Shown one piece after another: positions 39,652-52,967 of a stretch of DNA of 64,000 bases. The stretch lies in assembly GCF_006345805.1 (NCBI RefSeq), contig NC_043011.1, forward strand, positions 54,634,464 to 54,698,463, in the 5' to 3' direction. Position numbers and translations under genes: made by a program. Below the pieces are notes generated by a model that made no database searches, was not told the DNA's origin, and saw only the letters and a program-made list of their open reading frames with translations. Source of the stretch: Octopus sinensis. Taxonomy: Eukaryota. Numbering within the stretch: the first letter of the stretch is position 1; each line of letters begins with the position of its first letter.

Positions 39652-40060
39652 TAGGAGTGACTGTGTGGTAAGTAGCTTGTTTACCAACCACATGGTTCCG
39701 GGTTCAGTCCCACTGCGTGGTTCCTTGGGCAAGTGTCTTCTGCTATAGCCTCAGGCCGACCAAAGCCTTGTGAGTGGATTTGGTAGATGAAAACTGAAAG
39801 AAGCTCGTCGTATATATGTATATATATATACATATGTGTGTGTGTGTACGTGTGTGTATATGTTTGTGTGTCTGTGTTTGTCCCTCCAACATCGCTTGAC
39901 AACCGATGCTGGTGGGTTTACGTCCCCGTAACTTAGCGGTTCGGCAAAAGAGACTGATACAAATAATAAGTCTTTGGGTCGATTTGCTCGACTAAAAGGC
40001 GGTGCTCCAGCATGGCCACAGTCAAAAGACTGAAACAAGTAAAAGAGTAAAAGAGAGTAA
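39652..40060 (+). mobile_element. SINE family C
   Basis: Full head, microsatellite and tail. A partial copy lies at 39424-39545. Confidence 0.85.
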
Positions 40061-40351
40061 AGTGTACATTTCGTTCTGGTAAACACTATTGCTTTCTCTC
40101 GAACCACAGCTAGGATACAATTTTTTTTGTTCAGAATGAAAAAGCAACCGCGATTATTTTCATAAATTAACCTTTCTGATATCAACCTGCCTCAGATCGT
40201 CTTTGGGTCTATAATACAACCTTCCTGTTTTGAAGTCATCTAAATTACAACTTTCCTTCAAAATTTTATGTCAATTTATGTTGCAAACGCCAGCTTAATA
40301 ATGACGCAGTTGTATTTTTAAATTCTGCATTGTTTTCAAAATCAGTTGAAA

Positions 40352-41060
40352 CAGAGTGACTGTGTGGTAAGTAGCTTGCTAACCAACCACATGGTTCCGG
40401 GTTCAGTCCCACTGCGTGGCATCTTGGGAAAGTGTCTTCTGCTATAGCCCCGGGCCGACCAATGCCTTGTGAGTGGATTTGGTAGACGGAAACTGAAAGA
40501 AGCCTGTCGTATATATGTATATATATATATAAGTATGTGTGTGTGTTTGTGTGTCTGTGTTTGTCCCCCTAGCATTGCTTGACAACCGATGCTGGTGTGT
40601 TTACGCCCCCGTCACTTAGCGATTCGGCAAAAGAGACTGATAGAATAAGTACTGGGCTTACAAAGAATAAGTCCCGGGGTCGATTTGCTCGACTAAAGGC
40701 GGTGCTCCAGCATGGCCGCAGTCAAATGACTGAAACAAGTAAAAGAGTAAAGAGAGACGTTTGTTCCTTCTCAAGCCATGCCTGGCTCATAAGGGCCGGT
40801 TTCCCGGTTTCCTTGGCGTATAGGTTCCCCATCTGAACGGGACGCCGGTCCGTCGCAGGTGAGCTGCAAGATGCAGGAGGAAAGAGTGAGAGAAAGTTGT
40901 GGCGAAAGAGTCAGCAGACGTTCGCCATTACCTTCTGCCGGAGCCGCGTGGAGCTTAGGTGTTTCGCTCATAAACACACACATCGCTCGGTCTGAGATTC
41001 GAAACCGCGATACCTCGACCGCGAGTTCGCTGCTCTATCCACTAGTCCATGTGCCGCCAT
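40352..41060. mobile_element. SINE C (+, 40352-40755) abutting a SINE B-like copy (-, 40770-41060)
   Basis: Similarity to other copies in the window. Confidence 0.8.
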
Positions 41061-42123
41061 TGAAACAGGTGAAGTGTATTTTTATTTTAATAAAAAATAC
41101 ACTGTTGTTATTGTTGCTGTTGTTGTTGTTGTTGTGGTGGTGGTGGTGGTGGTGGTTGAGAGAACGAATCAATCACTAACTACTCAACATGTTTCTTTAT
41201 CGAAAGAAAGCCATGAGAAACAGAATTGGGGTTTTGATTTTAAATGTCCATGTTTACGACAAGGCTTCCCCTACAGGCTCTAGAAAGTATCTACTACTTC
41301 TTTCCTTATTTCCTTTCGAATTACATAATTAGTCCAAAATTAATTATATGCCAACATATTTTTTTTTAAAGCCACTGTAAACTGCCTAGCAGAAAAGCCT
41401 TCGAGTGATAAACTAGTAACTTTTAAATTTAAGTCACAATTTTTTTTTATATATATTTTCAAATGGTGCAATTTTTGTTTTTTAAATGCAATAATTTTAA
41501 TTTTCAGAAATAATTCTTCTGCGCTAAAATTTAGATTAGTTTCCAAACTTTAGCACAAAATTAAATTATGGATTCTTGTTCAAATATGCTCGGAGCGTTT
41601 TCGTTCTTAAATTCTATTAAATTGTTTTTACACTTTTTATTTTTTTAAAAATTAATAATAACTAAAGTTCAAAAATACTGGTCGATGTCGATATGAATTA
41701 TTAAAACCTAAAATAATAGCTTATACTTTCGAACTGTATTTATTACAACACCATGTTTCGTTGACGAACTGTGGTGGTGATAGGAGAAGGGGCTTCTACA
41801 CTCTCTGTCGGTCACAGTTTTAATTAGTTGAGAACATTTTTATATTTTATAAATTACCGTATTTTAAAGCAGCGACCTGGCAAAAACAAATGTTTGCAGA
41901 TTGGACAAAATGTGTTATAGTGTTTCTTCGGGCACCACTCTATATTCTGGATCCAAATGCTGCTGAGGTAGACTTCGAATTTGCCTTTCATCTTTCTGGG
42001 GTCAATGTAATAAGTCCTAGCTGAATAAGTGCTATAGATAGACCTTAGTTAAGTTCCAGGTTCGGTGATTATGCGAATAAGGGGTTCAACGTTGGTCATA
42101 TGTCAGCGTGTGTATATTAAAAG

Positions 42124-42366
42124 ATTTTTCGTAATGAGATAAAAAAAAAAACCCAAGGCGGTGTAGAGTTTAGAACATTTATAGATAGAAGGCCTTACAG
42201 CTGTTTCCAGGATATTTATTATATCCCTTCATCTTAACCATCCTCTCACACCATCTCCGAAGAAGGGATATAATAAATATCCAGGAAACAGCTGTAAGAC
42301 CTTCTATCTATAAATGTCCTAAAATCAACACAGCCTTGGGTTTTTTTAATCTCATTACGAAAAACA
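42124..42366. mobile_element. Inverted pair of a short hammerhead-bearing element (motifs 42191-42233 -, 42254-42299 +)
   Basis: ~110-bp inverted arms. + copy reads TCT-CCGAAGA-AGGGATAT..ATATCCAG-GAAA-CAGCTG-TA-AGA. Confidence 0.75.
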
Positions 42367-42989
42367 TTTATATATATATATATAAACTAAAGAAAGGAAA
42401 ATACAACCGAGGTAGAACAAGCTTATCAAAATCATTTAAATTATTTTAATTAATGTAAAGGTGAATCGAAGTAAGGAAACATAAAAGTAAATAATGTCTT
42501 TCGACGGGTTTCTTTCAAGATCCGTGTTTACCAAATCAACTCACAATGCTCAGTTTGGCCCGAGGCTATAGTAGAAGACACTTGGCCAAAATACCACGCA
42601 GAAGAATTGAACCTGAAACTGCGTGGTTGAGAAGCAACCTTCTTACTACACAACTATGTCATCCTCCATTTTGCATAAAAATATTTTTTTCTTTAACTTC
42701 ATCTTTCGAAATTTATATCTATGGCGGTTGTTGTGAAGAAACAGCGTCACAATACAAATGTATTCCGCGGAGGAAAGGTTTTCTCTACTCAGTCTTATTT
42801 CCATTGTTGCTTCTCTTCAGACAATATAATCTGTTTATTCTGGTTTTATTTTCGTCGTCGTGAAGATTTCAATAAAATATTGCCATCAATAGCAACAATT
42901 GCAACGGCGTAGAAGCAAGCAATAACAAAAACTACAGCAGCAACAACAACAATAACAACGGCATCAACTACAGCAGAAACAATAGCAAC

Positions 42990-43815
42990 AGGCGGCGAGC
43001 TGGCAGAATCGTTAGCTCGGCGGGGCGAAGTGCTTAGTGGCATTTCGTCTGCCTTTACGTTCTGAGTTCAAATCCCGCCGAGGTCGACTTTGCCTTTCAT
43101 CCTTTCGGGGTCGATAAATTAAGTACCAGTTATGCACTGGGGTCGATGTAATCGACTTAATCCCTTTGTGTGTCCTGGTTTGTCCCCTCTATGTTTAGCC
43201 CCTTGTGGGCAATAAAGAAATAAGAATCGTTAGCTCGGCGGGGCGAAGTGCTTAGCGGTATTTCATCTGCCTTTTACGTTCTGAGTTCAAATTCTGCCGA
43301 GGTCGTCTTTGCTTTTCATCCTTTTTGGGTCGATAAATTAAGTACCAGTAGCGTTCTGGGGTTGATCTAATCGACTGCCCCCCCCTCCCCAAAATTTCGG
43401 GCCTTGTGCCTACAGTAAGAAAAGAATCGCTAGAACTCCGGGGCAAAGTGCTTAGCGGTATTTCGTCTGAGTTCAAATTCCGCCGAGGTCGACTTTCTCT
43501 TTCATCCTTTCGGGGTCGATTAAATAAGTTCCAGTTACGCACTGGGGTCGATGTAATCGACTTAATCCGTTTGTCTGTCCTTGTTTATCCCCTCTGTGTG
43601 TAGCCCCTTGTGGGTAGTAAAGAAATAGGTATTTCGTCTGCCGCTACGTTCTGAGTTCAAATTCCGCCGAGGTCGACTTCGCCATTCATCCTTACGGAGG
43701 TCGATTAAATAAGTACCAGTTACACACTGGGGGGTCGATGTAATCGACTTAATCCCTTTGTCTGTCCTTGTTTGTCCCTTCTATGTTTAGCCCCTTGTGG
43801 GCAATAAAGAAATAA
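42990..43815 (+). mobile_element. Tandem array of four SINE A units
   Basis: Four GAGTTCAAAT..GAGGTCG..CATCC units with progressively shorter heads. Confidence 0.9.
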
Positions 43816-44367
43816 ATAATAGCAACAACTGCAGTAAAAAGCAGAACAGCTGTAAACGCAGCAGCAGTAGCAGCAGCAACAACAACAATAACGATAATAG
43901 CAATAACAACATCAACAACAGCAAAAGACAACGTCAGCTGAGTTAGAAATTTAGAATATTTAGTTCCATTAAATGTGAGATGGAAAAAAATGTGTCCCTA
44001 AAAAACTAGAAAATATAAAGTTTCAGGTATTTGGGGTGATGAAAGTGGAATATATCGACCACAGTATTTAACTGGTACTTTATTTTATAGACTCTGGAAG
44101 GACAAACAACAAAGTTGGTTACAGTGAAATTTGAACTCAGAATGTAAAGAACCATAACAGATTACCGCAAGAGATTTTATCTGATGCTCTGCTAATCTAC
44201 CATCTTTTATCTTTTAAATAATTATTTCTTTTATTGGTACAAGGCCTGATATTATGGAGTAGTGGGGCTAGTCGATTACATCGACCCCAGTGCTTAACTG
44301 GTACACTTTTTATCGACCCCGAAAGGGGGAAAGGTAAAGTTGACATCGATGGAATTTGATTGTAAAA

Positions 44368-44698
44368 GGGTAAAGACCCCCTTCGGTCATGAATGACCAT
44401 GGGATTGCACCTAGAAAGTTACCCTCCTAGACACAAGTCCGGGCAAGGTTGTTTAAGGAAGACCAGCAGTCGCCCATGCATACCAGCCTCCCCTCTCCAC
44501 GACACCAGTGTTATCCAAGGGAAAGACAAAGGTCGATACAGCTTGGCACCTGTGACGTTGCAACTCATTTCTACAGCTGAGTGAACTGGAGCAACGTGAA
44601 ATAAAGTGCCTTGCTCAAGAACACAACACGCAGCCCGGTCCGGGATTCGAGCTCACAACCTCACGATCGTAAGCTCGACGCTCTAACCACTGAGCCAT
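44368..44698 (-). mobile_element. SINE family D-like copy nested in a SINE A copy
   Basis: TSD TTTGATTGTAAAA at 44355-44367 and 44699-44711. Confidence 0.85.
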
Positions 44699-44829
44699 TT
44701 TGATTGTAAAACCGAAAGAAATGCTAAGCATTTTGTTTGGCGTACTACCTGAAGATTCTCGGATAAGATTAAGTACGTAAATAGCACCGAAACTATACAG
44801 CGTAAGGGCAAGAATTGTGAAAAGATATA

Positions 44830-45500
44830 TATTTTATTGTATAACATAATATTTCGTTTAGCGGTAAGAAATGATATAGCTAGGGAATTTCTAAATATAA
44901 CAGACTACAATTTTCCACCAGGAACATAAATGTAAGATATTAAATAAGGACTATCTTAAGGTTAGCTATCCATTTTGTAAGCAATTTATTGTTATATCAC
45001 AGGAAATAATGCTGCAAGGTTAAAAATAAAAGAAAAATAGCCAAACAGTTGGCCAATTTTAATCATGCAACTTTAAAATTCGTGTGAGTTGCCCACCGGA
45101 CACAAACAGATTGGCAAAATCGATAGTATAGAGCACTAAAGTAGAAATAAAGAGGAAAGATTAACCTAAAATATATATTGGAGCAACCAAAGTGACATTC
45201 TAAAATCGATTTTATCAGAACAAACATTCATTTGTCAACGTTACGACTTTGTCGGGATATTTATGGTTCCTACGTGAAACGAGTCTTCTCAAATTCAAAA
45301 TTATCAGGTTGACGTAGATAAAGCACAACCATACAGAAACGGCAGCTTCAAATCAAAAATGTGGTTTGACCTTTGAGCGAAATATTTAAGAATTTATTTC
45401 AAGGAAGTAACAGCTTGAACAAAAGAACTGAACTGTTAGCTCTTTGTACGCATGGTGTTAAGCAGTTTTTGTGTAAATACTCTTTCGACTTAGTTCGGAG
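44830..45500 (+). mobile_element. Highly decayed Penelope-like remnant
   Basis: ILNKDYLKVSY and C-terminal NSLNKRTELLALCTH resemble 2400-3265. Confidence 0.55.
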
Positions 45501-46375
45501 AAAAACATTGATTTCAAAACTTTTAAAAAGGAACATGTTTTTAAAGTGTTGCTCAAACATCGCAATTTCAGAATAGAACAGTTTTAGAATGATCTTCCTT
45601 ACAAGTCGAATGCAACGGTAAATTAGAATGGAAAGACGTTCAGAGTATCCCCACGAGAGCCAGAAATGATAAGAAAAGTTTGAGCTTGGAACAGCTACCT
45701 TTGCGCGGGTCACACGCACAATTTTTCAAAAAGTATAAAAATAGTGTAAAGTATAGAAGCCATCTTATCATGGCTAACCACATAGGGGAGGGGGTGTTAC
45801 TGTAGCTTTATAGCCCCAAGAGATCGTCGTCTCTAGCTGGCTTTAGACACCATATCAGTGCCCTTGAAGTATTTGCAAAGGGAGGCCATCCCTTCTTCGC
45901 AAGCCTGAGTGATACGCTCGGACTAGTTTCGGGATATTTGTCCCTTGTCAACGGGCGGTAACCACCAGGATGCGACGAAAGTGAAGACCTCCTTGCAAAT
46001 ATATAAGAGTTTTTCTAGTGGCGTTTGCCACTGATTTCGAAAAACTGACAGTAAGCATAATTAAATCTCAGAATGAGATTGAAACAGTAATCGCTCGATA
46101 ATGTAGTGTTTTCTCATTGTTCTTCAAAAATATTTCAAAATATATTCAAACAATAGCTAATTCTACAGAAAAGAGGCTTGGATTACCATCAGAAATGGGG
46201 AAACTCAGAGCCTTTTAGCTGTAATGTATTAAAGAGAACTCAGCATTTTCACATTGAATTCTGTAACTAATCGCTTCGCTTCGTGGTAAATCAACATACA
46301 CACACACACACATATATATATATTGAGAAAAAGGGTAACCAACATTTTCGAAAACAATCTTTTTATTTATTCATT

Positions 46376-46418
46376 ATTAATAGCGCTTTCGTTCGTTTCT
46401 CGAACTTGTCAAATAGAA
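46376..46418 (-). ncRNA. Minimal hammerhead motif, U3-A8 variant, in a ~100-bp insert between TA repeats
   Basis: TTGACAA-GTTCG-AGAAA-CGAAC-GAAA-GCGC-TA. 5-bp stem II and palindromic tetraloop; stem I is imperfect. Confidence 0.65.
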
Positions 46419-46422
46419 TTTT

Positions 46423-46480
<58 letters not shown>

Positions 46481-46628
46481 AAAAGCAATAAAGATTCAAG
46501 TTAATTTAAATGAATTTACTTGAATATGGTACCTAACTTAGATGCACCAAAAAAAAACTATACTGTTTTAACAATACAGTAATGTGGGGTGATTATAAGC
46601 GAGAAAGAAGCAACAAGAATGGATAGGT

Positions 46629-46719
46629 TTTTAGTACAATCGTTTCATACAAGGACAGGCTTTATTAAAAGTTGCAAAAATTACAGCATATAAACGTGTC
46701 CCGTACTCATCAGCTAAAA
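46629..46719 (-). ncRNA. Type I hammerhead ribozyme, canonical core (mirror copy)
   Basis: Reverse complement of 46832-46922. Confidence 0.8.
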
Positions 46720-46831
46720 TACATGTGAGTTCTCTAGACATCCTAGTGGTTGAGGCTATACTCATGAAGTAATGTACATTACTTCATGAGTATAGCCTCA
46801 ACCACTAGGATGTCTAGAGAACTCACATGTA

Positions 46832-46922
46832 TTTTAGCTGATGAGTACGGGACACGTTTATATGCTGTAATTTTTGCAACTTTTAATAAAGCCTGTCCTT
46901 GTATGAAACGATTGTACTAAAA
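46832..46922 (+). ncRNA. Type I hammerhead ribozyme, canonical core, extended stem II
   Basis: TTTTAG-CTGATGA-GTACGGGACA...TGTCCTTGTAT-GAAA-CGATTG-TA-CTAAAA. 6-bp stem I; predicted cleavage after GUA at 46916. Confidence 0.8.
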
Positions 46923-46953
46923 ACCTATCCATTCTTGTTGCTTCTTTCTCGCT

Positions 46954-47015
<62 letters not shown>

Positions 47016-47267
47016 CATACATACATATGTATGTATATATATATATATATAAATATAAATATAAATATAAATATATATGTATATGTTATATATGTATGTA
47101 TATATCTATATATATATATATAACATATATATTACACACATATTATATAATATATATATACATATATATATACATATATATAATATATATATACATATAT
47201 ATATATGTATGTATATATATATATATATAATATATATATATATAGATATATATATATATATATATCT

Positions 47268-47299
<32 letters not shown>

Positions 47300-47364
47300 T
47301 ATATACATATATATATACATATATATATATATACATATAAATATACATATATACATATATATAT

Positions 47365-47418
<54 letters not shown>

Positions 47419-47431
47419 AGATAGATATATA

Positions 47432-47687
47432 CAAAAGCGGGGCAAAAGTAGGTTACATAAAGTCACATCAATGTTACAATACTTGATTCATTAAAATTAT
47501 TAGCCCATTAAATTAGTTAGCCTCGTTTTCATATTTCCAGTATCATTAACCATAATAATATATTTATCATAATTATAAATACTACTTTTATCGTAACTTT
47601 TAATTTTAATCTTTTTTGTTGATAAAATAAATGAGTATTGTACGCGTTTTCTTTTTTCATAACTGTACACCTACTTTTGTACCACCC

Positions 47688-47688
<1 letters not shown>
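47432..47688. mobile_element. Tc1/mariner-type MITE in (TA)n
   Basis: Imperfect TIRs GGGGCAAAAGTAGGT / ACCTACTTTTGTACC. Confidence 0.6.
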
Positions 47689-47773
<85 letters not shown>

Positions 47774-47822
47774 TATAATATACATATATATATTACATAT
47801 ATATATTACATATATATATTAC

Positions 47823-47903
<81 letters not shown>

Positions 47904-48059
47904 AATGTACATACATCTACATATATGAACGCGCATCAAGAATGAACTTTCAGCTGCACACACCGACACACACATCTTCGCAACTCTCATTCTTATACAA
48001 ATGTCTACATTTGTTTACGAGAAAAAGTGCAATCACGAATAAAAGTGGCTGAAATGAGA

Positions 48060-48380
48060 TCCCAGGAAAGGATTTCTGAAATAACGTTACTCGACACAAT
48101 GCGCAGTTCGGAGATCATGAGTCTCTCCAGTTCAAGCCTCTACTTCTCCGCATCGAGGGGTCCCGGTTCAGGTACTCCGGACATGTGATTAGAATATCAA
48201 AGGAAAGAAAAGATAGACCAAGGGAAAGAAAAGGTAGACCAAGGGACAAAATGGTCTGATAATATCCATAGTTTCAATCGATCACGTTTGGAAATCTATC
48301 GACAAAGTGTAATGCCGGTTGCTTCTGACTGAACCCTATGTAAGAGGTGGTTCTTAAGTATAGTGGACGGAGAAAACGGG
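48060..48380 (+). mobile_element. RTE-like LINE 3' remnant
   Basis: PLLLRIEGSRFRYSGHVIRI..GRPR, with a GGAT-repeat tail. Confidence 0.6.
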
Positions 48381-48990
48381 TGGATGGATGGATGGAATTT
48401 AGAATAACTCATATTTCAGTGTCGAATGTTTGTAAAGTTTAAAAGAGAGGAGAAAGATGGGACTGGAATAAAAATAAAGAAAGGCGAGGTCTGAAAGGCA
48501 CAAAAATTAGTTAAGGAGAAAATGAATAAAGGAGGACGTTGATAATCACTATAGGATGTATCATTGTACCTGTTGATCTAGGGAGATGGCATAGGTATTT
48601 GTTCGTATATGATCAATGGAATACAACTTTATATATATCCATGCGTACCTATCTAAATGTATGTGACTGCGTTTGCTAGATTATAGGCAGTACAAATATA
48701 TGTATGGAACCTACTAATGCACTACTAGCACCTCTCTGTACCACAGTACAGACATGCGTGCAGAATAAGTGTGTGTTAATGATGTGTGTGTGTGTGTGTG
48801 TGTGTATGTGTGTTAATGATGTGTGTGTGTGTGTTAATGAATTATTTTACAATATTACACAGACTTTTCGGTGAAAATTAGTCTGTCTTCACAGCAAAAA
48901 TATCGATCTGAACAGTTATTTATAGAACAAATATTTGTGGAGAACCAAAATACTTTATAGCCACTATATTTCCATAGCCTGGGCAGTATT

Positions 48991-49062
48991 TCCCATGTGG
49001 TCTAGTGGTTAGGATTCCTGGCTCTCACCCAGGTGGCCCGGGTTCGATTCCCGGCGTGGGAA
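48991..49062 (+). tRNA. tRNA-Glu (CTC)
   Basis: 72-nt cloverleaf: acceptor TCCCATG/CGTGGGA, anticodon arm CCTGG-CTCTCAC-CCAGG (CTC at 49024-49026), T arm CCGGG-TTCGATT-CCCGG. T5 terminator at 49073-49077. Confidence 0.95.
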
Positions 49063-49149
49063 CTTATTTAAATTTTTAACTCAACCACCCATTCATCATT
49101 TACACACGCGACAGCATATATAAATTTATATATTCATATATAGAAAGGG

Positions 49150-50010
49150 GAGAAAGATATTTGAGGACAACTATCTTTATATTACTCCCTTCGACCAATG
49201 AGAAGGTTTTTATTTCGTTCAGATCCTTCAAGTTATCACAATTCATCAAAATACTTATCTATGACGATGCCGGAAAGTCATTGACGGCCATCGCCAAAGA
49301 ACTTCAAGTATTGGAAAGGACTGTCAGAACTGTGGTACATTACGACTTTTGATGCAAGCCGTATGCACTGAGTGGAGGTCAACTATTTGATCCATGCAGA
49401 GCAGTTGCTTATCAAGGTTAAACATCATCATGAACATGATATGCTTTGTTGTTTCTCCGATGAAAAAAAGACTTCAACCAAGGCCTAAAGTCAAACAAAA
49501 GAAATGACCGTTGATTATGTATAGGTCCTTCTGATACCCCCAGAGTAATGAACACTAAGTTACCATCTGCTGTTACGGCTTTATGAGTAACGAAGGTTAT
49601 GTCATTCTACATCACATCTTTCCTTAGAATCAATGCTATTGGATACGTTGAGGTATTGGAGGCAGGGCAGTTGGTAGACCCTGGATGGATGAAGTACGCA
49701 TTGGAAAGCCATACTTGTTTCAACAAGACACAGCAGCTTCCCTTAACCCAAGAATGAATGTGAGACAATCTTTACGATCGTGTGACATCGAACTGGTCGA
49801 GTCTAAATTCACCAGATTTAAATCCCATGGGCTACTGCTTTCGGAGCGTTGTTGAAAGTGACACGAATCGACATCCTTACAATACTATAGTTTCACTGAC
49901 GGCTACCATTGTCCAGGTGATGTCCGAAATAAATAAAGACCATTTAATGCAGGTTTTGCATTGAAGCAGTCTTCGAAGCTGAAGGCAAATTCATTGAATA
50001 ATCTTATAAG
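49150..50010 (+). mobile_element. Decayed Tc1/mariner-superfamily transposase (possibly DD37D/maT)
   Basis: CFSDEK, YLFQQDTA and WSSLNSPDLNPMGY (WPxxSPDLNPxDY-like). Confidence 0.75.
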
Positions 50011-50894
50011 AAAGTTCATCGAGAACATGTGCTCAATTTTTTATTAAAATACATTTGTTTTTTGCTAGATTTCGGTGGTTTATTAAATTACCAAATATGT
50101 TCTCATATATCTCTCGTTCAGTGCGTACGTGTAAAGTAATAGTGGAAGAGACCTAAGTCTGCGTAACTAAGCAGCTGAAAAAGAAAATTAGATATTTCTA
50201 CCTTAATTTCGATAGAAGAAGACTATTACTTAGCTCATTGTATAGGGTTCATTGTTTATTTAGACCGAATTTTTTTTGCGTGAATCGAATTTCATGAGTG
50301 AAAAACATGAATATAAACTGTGCCACACACCTACGACAATGATTCCATAAAAATGTTCCCATTCACTGCCAGCAATACAACGTAATTATGCAACAAAGCT
50401 ATTTACTCAATGGGAGAAATAAGGAAATATTCTGTTACAGGTTATAGGATAACACACAGGACACACCACTGACCTGGAAACTTTAAAAAACTATTTGACC
50501 CCAGGAAACAGAAATATGATGATATGCCAACAGAATAATATTTAGAGACAACGGATAAAGTCAACACTTAGCGCATTGCAGTCACACGCGAGCAAAAGCG
50601 AAAAGCAGCACGATAGCAGAATAAAATTCAGCGATATCTGACGAGGAACGTATCTTGTATTTTTTGTGCGGTCGCCATGCTGGGGTAAAACCTTGAAAAA
50701 AATTTAGTTGAAGGAATCAACCCCAGTAGTTATTTTTATTTCAGTTTTTATTTATTTATTTATTTTGTAAAGCCTGGTACTTACTCTAACCGTTTCTTTT
50801 GCCGAACCGCTAAGTTACGGGGACGTAAACTCACCAACACCAGTTGTCAAGCGGCGGTGGTAGGCCAACACAGACACAGAGACACACGCTCATT

Positions 50895-50932
<38 letters not shown>

Positions 50933-51089
50933 TATGTATGTATGTATGTATGTATGTATAGTTGCAGAAAGGTGGGAATTTCGATTATCCTCACGTGGTG
51001 AGTTGTAATAGATATAAGAAATTAAAGAAGGAAAATGCACATACGTTACATAGTTGTAATATAATTTTTAATATATCTTATATTGTGTT

Positions 51090-51122
51090 TGTCGACCGGT
51101 TTCGCTTTCGCTAATCATGACA
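51090..51122 (-). ncRNA. 33-nt minimal hammerhead, A3-U8 variant
   Basis: TGTC-ATGATTA-GC-GAAA-GC-GAAA-CCGG-TC-GACA. Confidence 0.75.
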
Positions 51123-52934
51123 TTAAAATTTATCTAAATATATATTTTCTTAAGGAAAGTTTTTTCGTTCATGTTGTGTGTGGAGTTTATGAAACCGTTG
51201 CTGAAATACATCAAAAGTTTCACTAGAGAAGATTTAGACATGCTAGAGTATCTACCAAAAACAATTAATGAAGAGCCATTATTGGTTTCCTTCGATGTTA
51301 TCAATCTTTACACCAACATCCCACATGACTATGGAATAAAAGCAATCAAATTCTGGTTGGAAAAGTATCCCGAAGTATTTCCGGAACGCATAAATCAGGT
51401 CTTTGTTATTGAATCTTTAAAATTTATACTTCATTACAATTATTTCCTATTTGATGACACATACTATCGTCAAAAATGCAGAATTGCGATGGTAACAAAA
51501 GCAGCCCATGTTCCTGCGAACCTGGTAATGGGTTATTTTGAATTCGCCATATATTAAGTGTCACTGCAAAAATATGGTTATCTATTTCACCATTACTTAA
51601 GAGAAAACTAGAAAAGATACCTGGATAACTATTTTATCATTTGGAAGGACACCACTGATAATTTTTCGGAATTCAAATCAACACTAAATGATATAAACAG
51701 TAACATTCAATTCACAATGGAATATAGCAAAGAACAGCTCCCATTTTTGGATATTATGATAAAAAAAAAAGTCAACAACCAAATTATAACTGACATCTAT
51801 CATAAACCAACGGACTCGAAGTAATATCTCCTTTTTAGCTCGTGCCACCCGAAATACATGGAAATAGATATCCCCTTTAATTTAGTAAAAAGGTTTTGCA
51901 TAATAGTGTCTGACAGAGCTTTTTCTTCAAGACTTCAAAACAACACTAACTGAAAGACAATATCCACCTCCACTTATAGACGATGGAATTAAGCGTGCCA
52001 AGAAATTAGACATAAAACACCAAGGATAACAAAACATAACACCACACCTCACCTCAAAACACTATTGTATATATCAACTCACAACCCTAGAAGTAATGAG
52101 GCATACAACACTATTGTGCAAAATCCTCCTTTGCTAAATAAGGACCCAAAAATGAACAACATCCTGAAAACACATAAATCCATCAAATGCAAAAAGCAAC
52201 GCAAATCTCTAAGAAATGCAAAGCTTTACACAACAAACACGAAACCAACGGTTAAAAAATGTGGACGCCCAAACTGTGGAAAATGTCCCAACCTACCTGA
52301 AGGCTGGGATTTCCTTTTCAAACAAGGAGAGAGGTTCACAATTAAAACTAACTTCATTTGTGCCTCTGAAATCCTAATTTATGTAATAACCTGCTCGGAT
52401 TGTGGACATCACTATATAAGACAGACGAGTATGACATTGAGACGGAGAACCACTCTACATAAAGAGCAGATCCGGTTCCCGCAATATCGACAGATTCTTT
52501 TAAGTGAACACATAGAGAGATGTACAAATAACATCAAAGCAAATTTCACAGCTTTCCCCTTCTATCAGTGCAAAGATAGTATTTCTATACAAGAACGTTT
52601 AAATAAAGAAAATTTATTCATCGAAAAATACAGAACACATCTAAATATGCACGCATAACCAGCTTTGATCTCTATACATATTTTAATTCACGATTTCATA
52701 CCCATCACTATACATATTTCTTCCCACTACTCTAGTTTTTGAATTTTTGCATATATATATTCCCCCACCCCCACCGAAAGATGAAAAATTATCTCCCCTC
52801 TCCACAACAATAATGATAATCAATTACCTCCCCTTAGATTTTTCTACTTGCTGAATCGTTTATTCATAAACTGCAAACACAACTTGGACAAAAATATTTT
52901 TTCCTAAGAAAATATATACCTAAATAAATTTTAA

Positions 52935-52967
52935 TGTCATGATTAGCGAAACCGAAACCGGTAGACA
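52935..52967 (+). ncRNA. 33-nt minimal hammerhead, A3-U8 variant, in the 3' pseudo-LTR
   Basis: TGTC-ATGATTA-GCGAAACC-GAAA-CCGG-TA-GACA, with one stem II mismatch. Confidence 0.7.

Larger units (their letters stand above)
46594..46957. repeat. Perfect 364-bp palindrome with no spacer
   Basis: Centre AATGT|ACATT at 46775/46776; 182-bp arms match by inspection. Confidence 0.9.

Noticed and set aside
44745-44808. CTGAAGA...CGAAAC...GTA upstream of a PLE remnant
   Set aside because: Possibly a relic, but the stems are too decayed to count.
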